Of a stretch of 6,113 bases of DNA, positions 1 to 5,117 are shown in pieces. The DNA is from a virus. Taxonomy: Duplodnaviria; Heunggongvirae; Uroviricota; Caudoviricetes. The stretch's first letter is position 1, and each line of letters starts with the position of its first letter. The stretch is taken from positions 1 to 6,113 of IMG/VR virus record IMGVR_UViG_2541047961_000012. One strand, given 5' to 3'. The position numbers and the translations under genes are program-made. The notes under the pieces are model-generated. The model searched no databases, was not told where the DNA came from, and saw nothing but the letters and a program-made list of their open reading frames with translations.

Positions 1-252
1 CTGTTTTCTGGCGTCTCCTGCCAGTGTGATGGTTTTGTCCTGTTTTTCCTGTGCGTCCAGGCTTTTATTAATCAGGTTGCCCAGCGGCGTGGCGGAGAAC
101 GCCGCATCAGCCATTTCCTGGCGGCGCTCGTTCTCTACCCGGTAGGCATCCAGCCAGGAGGAAAGCGCGGATTCAGGAGCGGGGATCCCCGTTCCTTCAC
201 GCCCCACTGCGTGGCGCGGTTGTTGCCAGTCCCTGATGTACTCTGCCGTCAT
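1..252 (-). CDS. hypothetical protein, N-terminal 84 codons only (gene runs off the left edge)
   Basis: Hand translation of the minus strand: ATG at 252..250, open to position 1 with no stop (MTAEYIRDWQQPRHAVGREGTGIP...). It starts 6 nt after the TAA (261..259) of the upstream gene, with only a weak SD. Absent from the ORF track because it is truncated. No family recognised. Confidence 0.45.
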   Translation of the reverse strand, partial: MTAEYIRDWQQPRHAVGREGTGIPAPESALSSWLDAYRVENERRQEMADAAFSATPLGNLINKSLDAQEKQDKTITLAGDARKQ

Positions 253-258
253 AGTGAT

Positions 259-624
259 TTACTTCGTCATGCCATTCAGGGTGTCGCGGCAGACTGTAGC
301 CAGCCGCTGAATTTCCAGCACGGTGTCTTCTGTGTCGGCATGGCGATGTGTGATGCGGATGCTGTCGGCAATCACATCGACGATTGCAGAGGATGGGCGC
401 TGGTAAATGCCAATAACGGACGGGGTGCCGCCTTCAATGCGGTAAAGCCTGTAATTTCCCTCGTGGCTGTCAATCATGTAGCGGCCATCAATAACAATCT
501 TTCCGTCAGCGAGCTGCGGTACAGGCAGGGATTTCAGGTACATGTCATAACGGTCACGCACGCGAACGGCAAGATCACGCTCTGTGTTGAGCAGGTATTC
601 AAGAAAGTCGTTGGCGAGAATCAT
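259..624 (-). CDS. hypothetical protein (121 aa)
   Basis: ORF in track. SD AAGAGGA sits 9 nt upstream of the ATG at 624..622. Composition is protein-like, unlike the overlapping plus-strand frame, which is Cys/Arg-rich. No family recognised. Confidence 0.6.
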   Translation of the reverse strand: MILANDFLEYLLNTERDLAVRVRDRYDMYLKSLPVPQLADGKIVIDGRYMIDSHEGNYRLYRIEGGTPSVIGIYQRPSSAIVDVIADSIRITHRHADTEDTVLEIQRLATVCRDTLNGMTK

Positions 625-696
625 TGCGGCAATCCTCTTGTTACAGATGTGCGAAGGCCTCCCGCCGCAAGGTGCAGGAAAGGCCCGGAACAGGAA

Positions 697-927
697 TTAA
701 TGGAGTTTGTTTTGCTGCTGGATGAGATCCTGAAGAGACAGGAGGTCTTCCGCCAGATAGCTGAATACAGCGGCGCAGTAGTCGGCTGAAATAGTGTTGT
801 TGAGTCTGTGCAATGTGTTGGATTGCATGATAAAGGCGATGTGTGCAGCGCGGGTGAGTCTGCGATCGATTTCAGTCTGGATGTGACGACGCTCCGCGAT
901 AGTGCGGTGCTGTTTGCGGTTTGCCAT
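697..927 (-). CDS. hypothetical small basic protein (76 aa)
   Basis: ORF in track. SD AAGAGG sits 8 nt upstream of the ATG at 927..925. Arg-rich N-terminus (MANRKQHRTIAERRHIQ) could be nucleic-acid binding. No family recognised. Confidence 0.5.
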   Translation of the reverse strand: MANRKQHRTIAERRHIQTEIDRRLTRAAHIAFIMQSNTLHRLNNTISADYCAAVFSYLAEDLLSLQDLIQQQNKLH

Positions 928-1020
928 GGTGTGGCCTCTTTGTTGGTAAGTTTTGAATACTCACCATCCAGAGCTGCGAAACTGTGGGTGGCGAGACGTA
1001 CGAGGTTCGCAGTACCGGTC

Positions 1021-1056
1021 AACAAAGAAAACCCGGCCCGACCGAAGTCGGCCCCG
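1021..1056 (-). terminator. candidate intrinsic terminator (minus strand)
   Basis: Minus strand reads GGGGCCGAC-TTCG-GTCGGGCC followed by GGGTTTTCTTTGTT: a GC-rich stem with one mismatch, a UUCG tetraloop and a T-rich tail. Confidence 0.35.
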
Positions 1057-1106
1057 TACGCCCCACCATAATTCTGATGCGAAAAAATGTGCGGCAATGC
1101 GGTACG

Positions 1107-1234
1107 CACAAAAAAACCGCTGGCGCGGTTGTGCGCTTTGTTGATCAGCAGGCTGCGAAACCCGGCACCCGTTTTATGAGATGCAACGGAAATGTAACCT
1201 GACTGATTGCGGCATGGCAAGCGGTTTTTTTGTG
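1107..1234. repeat. 15-bp perfect inverted repeat pair flanking 98 bp (cacaaaaaaaccgct at 1107..1121; agcggtttttttgtg at 1220..1234)
   Basis: Exact reverse complements, checked base by base. Each arm carries an A7 or T7 tract. The left arm also forms a local hairpin (cgcacaa / ccgc-tggc-gcgg / ttgtgcg) that reads as stem plus T7 on the minus strand. Confidence 0.6.
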
Positions 1235-1247
1235 AGAACGGCATACT

Positions 1248-1292
1248 AAAAAAATCCTGATACTGCTCCGGCCAGCGATTTTCACTGGCCGG
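1248..1292 (-). terminator. candidate terminator of the SPFH operon
   Basis: Perfect 8-bp GC-rich stem (ccggccag 1268..1275 / ctggccgg 1285..1292) with a 9-nt loop, starting 6 nt after the TAA (1301..1299) of the SPFH gene. On the minus strand a T7 tract (1254..1248) follows, but 13 nt beyond the stem, so geometry is non-canonical. Confidence 0.4.
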
Positions 1293-1298
1293 GTTTAA

Positions 1299-2129
1299 TT
1301 ACTTCACCGGAACAAACGGAACAGCGGTGTTGCTGGTCATGTATTGCGGCAGCGTGCCGTTCCATTTGTTGATTGCTTCCAGCTCCATAACGCCGGGATT
1401 CTGGCGCAGAGCTTCACCGCGTAAACGAATGGCGTCGGCTTCAGCCTGGGCTTTTGTGCGAATGGCATCAGCCTGTCCGGCAGCTTCTGCGCGCAACATG
1501 TTGGCTTCTGCTTCGCGTTGCTTGACTTCCTGTTCGCGTTGCAGGGTTTTCTGGTTTGCCGTGACTTTGGCATTAATGCTGTCGATAACGGTTGACGGGT
1601 ACTCCGGCTTACCCACATATGAGAGGCTCATTACCTGAATACCGATGGGTGTCATTTCCTCCTGAATGTCTTTAAGAGCTGCATCCAGTAGTTCAGATTT
1701 CCCGCCGTCGATAAATTTGTCGGTGGTCATTTTGCTGGCCAGTCGGTTGAGTGCATCGGCGATCTTCTGGCGCAGGTCAGTGTCGGTAATGTCATCCACG
1801 CCTTTGCGGTAGGTCTGAAACACTGTAGTAACTTTGGATGGATCAACCTTGTAGGCCACACCGATGTGATAGCCGATGGTTGTGCCGTCACTCATCTGGA
1901 AGCTGAACGGCTCATCGTAGGTCTTCATTTGTTTGAAGGTCGGGAAGATGTAAACCTCGGTATTCCAGCCAGTCCAGTAGCGGCCAACGCCAACCACTTC
2001 GCCGACGCCTTTGTCGTCGCCCAGTTTATTTACCTTGATGCCCACATTACCTGGCTCAACGCGATCGCAACCAACCAGCAGGATGGCGGCAAAAAGCGGG
2101 ATAATCTGAAAGAGTTTGAGTTTCTTCAT
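1299..2129 (-). CDS. SPFH/Band-7 (stomatin/prohibitin/HflKC-like) domain lipoprotein, 276 aa
   Basis: ORF in track. SD GAGGAAA upstream. N-terminal lipoprotein signal MKKLKLFQIIPLFAAILLVGC with lipobox LVGC, and Asp at +2 (CD...). C-terminal Ala/Glu-rich helical region with AEADAIR-type repeats typical of SPFH proteins. The start ATG (2129..2127) overlaps the upstream stop as ATGA. Family call is from motifs only, no HMM run. Confidence 0.8.
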   Translation of the reverse strand: MKKLKLFQIIPLFAAILLVGCDRVEPGNVGIKVNKLGDDKGVGEVVGVGRYWTGWNTEVYIFPTFKQMKTYDEPFSFQMSDGTTIGYHIGVAYKVDPSKVTTVFQTYRKGVDDITDTDLRQKIADALNRLASKMTTDKFIDGGKSELLDAALKDIQEEMTPIGIQVMSLSYVGKPEYPSTVIDSINAKVTANQKTLQREQEVKQREAEANMLRAEAAGQADAIRTKAQAEADAIRLRGEALRQNPGVMELEAINKWNGTLPQYMTSNTAVPFVPVK

Positions 2130-2329
2130 TGTTTGATTTCCTCAATGTATTTACTGAAAAAGCGAACAACGCCTGCCGGGTACAGCAGGGCAATGAAAAT
2201 GCCCAGCAATACCAGGAAGGAACTGTCAGATGAAATCATTCGGGGGAGTAGTCCTGCATACAGGATGAGAGAAATGAGGACGCATACCAGCGCCCACATG
2301 TATGCGCGAAACCATGTCTTGTTGTTCAT
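2126..2329 (-). CDS. small two-helix membrane protein (67 aa)
   Basis: Start chosen at ATG 2329..2327 (MNNKTWFRAYMWALVCVLISLILYAGLLPRMISSDSSFLVLLGIFIALLYPAGVVRFFSKYIEEIKQ). SD AAGGG sits 7 nt upstream and overlaps the TAA of the preceding gene. Two hydrophobic segments with basic termini. The stop overlaps the SPFH start as ATGA. Confidence 0.65.
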   Translation of the reverse strand: MNNKTWFRAYMWALVCVLISLILYAGLLPRMISSDSSFLVLLGIFIALLYPAGVVRFFSKYIEEIKQ

Positions 2330-2339
2330 GTTGCGGCCC

Positions 2340-2639
2340 TTACTGGTTAAGGAAAAAATCGAAAACCTTGTCAATGCGTTGCAGCAGCTCTTGCTGTATT
2401 GCTTCCGGCGTTTCCGGTTCTCCTGGCGCCTCCAACGTCGCGCAGAAATCCTTGATTTCATGATGGAGTGTCAGGCGAATGGCAGGAGCTGTGGTTCTGG
2501 CGTGCTCCAGTTCATCCAGTAGCGCCAGCACGGCAGACGGCGAGAGCATTGCGCGAAACGCCAGTAATTTTTGATGCGTTGCCATTCGTTGCAGGTCAGT
2601 CGCCAGTTCGCGTAATTCCTGGTGGTTGATGGCGCTCAT
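2340..2639 (-). CDS. hypothetical acidic helical protein (99 aa)
   Basis: ORF in track. SD AAGGAAG sits 9 nt upstream. The start overlaps the upstream stop as ATGA (2639..2636). No family recognised. Confidence 0.6.
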   Translation of the reverse strand: MSAINHQELRELATDLQRMATHQKLLAFRAMLSPSAVLALLDELEHARTTAPAIRLTLHHEIKDFCATLEAPGEPETPEAIQQELLQRIDKVFDFFLNQ

Positions 2640-2881
2640 GCTCTGGCTTCCTTCAGTAGCTGGTTAAACATGTTGGTAAGTGGATTGCCGCCCCCGAACG
2701 GCATCGGGTTTATCTGGTAAGAAAAGCGACCGCCTGTTTTGCGCTCTTTTCTTATGACTGAACCGCTGCGCCAGAGTCGGCGTAACTCCGCATTAATGGC
2801 TGTGGTTGGGGTATTCAGTGCTGCGGCGATTTCTCCACCGCTACACCCCGGATTGGCGGCGATATAGTCCAGAATGGTCAT
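2636..2881 (-). CDS. small winged-helix DNA-binding protein, FaeA/PapI-like (81 aa)
   Basis: ORF in track. SD AGGAG sits 9 nt upstream. N-terminal ILDYIAANPGCSGGEIAAAL... resembles the FaeA/PapI-type small wHTH regulators as I recall them. The start overlaps the upstream stop as ATGA (2881..2878). Not verified by search. Confidence 0.55.
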   Translation of the reverse strand: MTILDYIAANPGCSGGEIAAALNTPTTAINAELRRLWRSGSVIRKERKTGGRFSYQINPMPFGGGNPLTNMFNQLLKEARA

Positions 2882-3081
2882 CTGCGTGACTCCTGTACCT
2901 GTCGGATAAGGTTCACCCGCACCACGTTGGTGGCGCAGAAGTAAGTGCCGTCAGTGAGATAGATGTGATGTGCATCCTGTTCTGAACGGTGTTTGTCGAT
3001 TGTGGTAATCAGGCGTTCGTCGACCTCGTATTCACGTCCTCTGGAAGTGAAACGAACGACAGGAAAATGCTTAATTGCCAT
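2878..3081 (-). CDS. hypothetical protein (67 aa), first gene of the SPFH operon
   Basis: ORF in track. Strong SD AAGGAGG sits 5 nt upstream of the ATG at 3081..3079. Preceded by an 86-bp non-coding gap. No family recognised. Confidence 0.55.
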   Translation of the reverse strand: MAIKHFPVVRFTSRGREYEVDERLITTIDKHRSEQDAHHIYLTDGTYFCATNVVRVNLIRQVQESRR

Positions 3082-3167
3082 TGCGCCTCCTTGGCGTGTG
3101 CGAATACCTCCGCGAATGCGGATTGTTTTTACATTTTCTTATTTAACCTGTGGTTTTATTTGCTCTG

Positions 3168-3281
3168 TTATTCGCCAGTGAAAAAGCGTTCAATCTTTTT
3201 TACTGAATGAATAATTCGCATAATCCCAATGGCGCAGACCACCGAAATAATCAGAACAAGCCATGAGATAAATATACTCAT
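3168..3281 (-). CDS. 37-aa hydrophobic micro-protein (MSIFISWLVLIISVVCAIGIMRIIHSVKKIERFFTGE), predicted single-pass membrane peptide
   Basis: Found by hand translation, too short for the ORF track. ATG 3281..3279 overlaps the TGA (3280..3278) of the upstream 80-aa gene as ATGA. A 20-residue hydrophobic helix is followed by a basic tail. Stop TAA at 3170..3168. Only a weak GGGA SD-like element. Confidence 0.4.
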   Translation of the reverse strand: MSIFISWLVLIISVVCAIGIMRIIHSVKKIERFFTGE

Positions 3282-3520
3282 GCGATATTTCCCAGCTTAT
3301 ACGGTTCAATATGTTCCCCGCATTCTGCGGCACAGATCAACTCGGAAAGTTCGTTAAGTGCATCCAGATCATCAGCGTAAAAAGCCACGTCATACAGACT
3401 CCGGATTGCCCTGGTCAATGAGTCACGGGCTGCACGTTCAGCATGAGCGCCTGATGCACTTAAGCGAAAATAAAAACGCTCAAGTGCTTTGTTAATGAGA
3501 GTTTTATATTCTTTGCCCAT
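3278..3520 (-). CDS. hypothetical protein (80 aa)
   Basis: ORF in track. SD AAGGG sits 7 nt upstream of the ATG at 3520..3518, 11 nt after the upstream stop. No family recognised. Confidence 0.55.
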   Translation of the reverse strand: MGKEYKTLINKALERFYFRLSASGAHAERAARDSLTRAIRSLYDVAFYADDLDALNELSELICAAECGEHIEPYKLGNIA

Positions 3521-3531
3521 CGCAACGCCCT

Positions 3532-3819
3532 TTAATCTGCTTTCTGAATTTCAGTTTCTGAATCCATACAAATAATTTCGATATAGGGTTCATCGCCATT
3601 AGCCGGGCGTGCCTTTTCAGCTTCACTAATGATTTCTCGTACGGTCTGGTACGGAAGTTCCACAAGCAGTCGCGTGCCGTTCAGATAAACGTAAGTGGCT
3701 TCGTTGGCTCCGTTTTTACCCGCCGGAGCCACTCCATCAATAGCGGATGCGCGTAATAACAGTTCACCGCGAAAATCAATAAAACGGATAAATACACCTT
3801 GTGCATGCTCTTTGGTCAT
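3532..3819 (-). CDS. hypothetical protein (95 aa)
   Basis: Track ORF 3532..3879 trimmed to the internal ATG at 3819..3817 (MTKEHAQGVFIRF...). That start has SD AGGTG 5 nt upstream and lies 10 nt after the upstream stop. The longer start at 3879 has no SD and would overlap the upstream gene by 50 nt. Confidence 0.55.
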   Translation of the reverse strand: MTKEHAQGVFIRFIDFRGELLLRASAIDGVAPAGKNGANEATYVYLNGTRLLVELPYQTVREIISEAEKARPANGDEPYIEIICMDSETEIQKAD

Positions 3820-3829
3820 AACGCACCTG

Positions 3830-4180
3830 TTATAAATCAGCCTGTTTAATAAAACTTTGCCCGCGAAGCAGACGATCAACCGTGCGAAGTGCTTCGTATA
3901 ATGTGAAATCCTGTCCGAACTGATTGTCGCCGCAGCTCAATGAAAAAATGCGGTTTCCGGTAAACGGATTGCGTGGGCATTTGTGGACCACGATCCCGGC
4001 TTTCTCAATCAGCCAGGTATGCTCGCCGATTTGTTTTACTGGGTAGCCATCCGGCGTTGCGTGTGTTTCGCTCAGGCTGTAGCGAGAGCTGCTACGTGAT
4101 GCGCTGGTAGCGAAACGGTTAGCATGGCGTTCCGCACCGTTGCGGAAGCGCTGCTGTGAAGAATTGCGCCGTTCCTTCAT
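3830..4180 (-). CDS. hypothetical protein (116 aa) with a basic Ser/Arg-rich N-terminal region
   Basis: ORF in track. SD GGAG sits about 9 nt upstream of the ATG at 4180..4178. First gene after cox. No family recognised. Confidence 0.55.
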   Translation of the reverse strand: MKERRNSSQQRFRNGAERHANRFATSASRSSSRYSLSETHATPDGYPVKQIGEHTWLIEKAGIVVHKCPRNPFTGNRIFSLSCGDNQFGQDFTLYEALRTVDRLLRGQSFIKQADL

Positions 4181-4217
4181 ATCAAAATACTCCGCCTAAA
4201 ATGAGTTATGGTTTGAG

Positions 4218-4643
4218 TTATGCTGCTTTACCGCTGATGTTTCTGTTTCGTCTGCCACTTGTTGGCTTAAACAAAAACAGACGGTTTTCCCAGTCGTGCC
4301 ATTCCTGAGGTGCGTTTTCGATGAGGCGATCGCATGCTTCATCCCACGCTTTTCTGTTGATGTAGAGTTCAGCGTTTCCGCCTGGTTTAAGAGGGTCCGC
4401 CATATACACCGCAGGTAGCTTTCCTGCTTTGGCCATGCTTACGATGGCGTCAACGGTCTTTCCGATATACATCGCAAATCCTTCTTTTGACAGGAGATGC
4501 GAGGGATTTTCTGAAAGTCGAATTTCTTCACGTTCACGTGCTTTGCGTCCTGTTTTTTGATACTCCCCCTCTGGCATTTCTGACAGGCGATCGCATCGTG
4601 TTCCGCAAAGTGACTCAGGCGCGTTTTGAGTGCTTTCTTGCAT
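4218..4643 (-). CDS. cox: Cox/Apl-like excisionase-regulator homolog with a roughly 50-aa N-terminal extension (141 aa)
   Basis: Divergent from the C-type repressor. Core FAMYIGKTVDAIVSMAKAGKLPAVYMADP resembles the P2 Cox HTH region as I recall it. Strong SD GGAGG sits 8 nt upstream of the ATG at 4643..4641; the internal Met23 has no SD. Confidence 0.7.
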   Translation of the reverse strand: MQESTQNAPESLCGTRCDRLSEMPEGEYQKTGRKAREREEIRLSENPSHLLSKEGFAMYIGKTVDAIVSMAKAGKLPAVYMADPLKPGGNAELYINRKAWDEACDRLIENAPQEWHDWENRLFLFKPTSGRRNRNISGKAA

Positions 4644-4751
4644 CTGATATCCTCCGCTATTGGTGCTTTCTTCTAACTAGCACCATTTAGAACTAGTTAG
4701 CGCAATTCGTTGTGTGTTAATTGATGTATAAACTAAGTGAGTTAACTTACT
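4644..4751. promoter_or_regulatory. C/cox divergent switch region with operator-like dyads
   Basis: 108-bp AT-rich gap between divergent start codons. Inverted repeat CTAACTAG (4673..4680) / CTAGTTAG (4693..4700) with a 12-bp spacer. AACTAG direct repeats at 4675 and 4691. Dyad TGGTGC (4661..4666) / GCACCA (4680..4685). TATAAA at 4727..4732 preceded by TG. Exact promoter hexamers could not be assigned. Confidence 0.55.
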
Positions 4752-5051
4752 ATGTCAACTACCGTAGCTATGAAAATTCGCATCATGCGGAAGTCAGAAA
4801 TGCTTACACAAGAAAAAATGGCAGAGATTACTGGGCTTACTCTTGCTGCATTAAGGCAATATGAGCAAGGACGAAATGAACCCAACCTTGAGTCAACAAA
4901 AAAGCTTCTGAAAGCCCCCATGTTCCGTAAGTACCGCGACTGGTTTTTGTTTGATGAAGTTGAACCCAAGGCCGGGCAGGTTGTACCGGCTCTCGCACAC
5001 ATTGGGCAAGGCGAAGCGGAATCATCCCGCTCCGGCAAGAAGACTGGTTAA
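4752..5051 (+). CDS. C: P2 C-type immunity repressor (99 aa)
   Basis: ORF in track. Same length as P2 C, and the sequence (MSTTVAMKIRIMRKSEML...VPALAHIGQ...SGKKTG) closely resembles P2 C as I recall it, with an HTH near the N-terminus. Sits directly upstream of int on the same strand, as in P2. Confidence 0.85.
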   Translation: MSTTVAMKIRIMRKSEMLTQEKMAEITGLTLAALRQYEQGRNEPNLESTKKLLKAPMFRKYRDWFLFDEVEPKAGQVVPALAHIGQGEAESSRSGKKTG

Positions 5052-5117
5052 CGGTTCACCAGGCATTTATTTCCCAGAGCTGTGATCAAGATGATGTTTT
5101 CATTGGAGGGCTTCCTT

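Noticed and set aside
1-789. Long plus-strand open frame (track ORF 211..789, 192 aa; open from position 1)
   Set aside because: Antisense to three minus-strand ORFs that have SDs and protein-like composition. Its translation is Cys/Arg/His-rich with no SD, typical of a shadow frame.
1028-1166. Direct repeat gaaacccggc (about 1028..1037 and 1157..1166)
   Set aside because: A 10-mer repeat within 370 bp is plausible by chance, about 0.07 expected, so it is not claimed as a feature.
621-1244. Minus-strand ORF of 207 aa, plus-strand ORFs 808..1071, 953..1144 and 984..1202, and a 13-aa minus-strand frame from 1215
   Set aside because: Low-complexity Ser/Thr/Arg-rich translations spanning the hairpin-rich region, no SDs, and overlap with the better-supported 76-aa gene. 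Treated as non-coding.
2126-2461. Full 111-aa version of the membrane-protein ORF starting at 2461
   Set aside because: The first 44 codons would overlap the upstream 99-aa gene in another frame and are highly basic. The internal ATG at 2329 has an SD and begins right at the hydrophobic segment.
1327-2522. ORFs 1327..1638 (+), 1337..1618 (-) and 1866..2522 (+)
   Set aside because: Embedded in or antisense to the SPFH lipoprotein gene, whose signal peptide and SPFH motifs define the real frame.
2989-3210. Plus-strand ORFs 2989..3210 and 2993..3181
   Set aside because: Antisense to the 67-aa gene and the intercistronic gap, with no SD and implausible composition.
3168-3281. Calling the 37-aa peptide a classic type I toxin with its own antisense RNA
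   Set aside because: It is coupled within an operon rather than being a stand-alone locus, and no convincing antisense promoter and terminator pair was found. Kept only as a hypothesis.
3532-3879. Long 115-aa start at 3879 for the 95-aa gene
   Set aside because: No SD, and it would overlap the upstream gene by 50 nt. The ATG at 3819 with AGGTG fits the coupled spacing seen at the other junctions.
4487-5038. ORFs 4487..4690 (+), 4742..5038 (-) and 4837..5025 (-)
   Set aside because: Antisense to the cox-like and C genes, which have homology-like and context support.
5082-5117. Upstream start codons (5082, 5091, 5094) for the integrase
   Set aside because: No SD before them. The ATG at 5118 follows GGAGGG and matches the expected P2 Int-like N-terminus.
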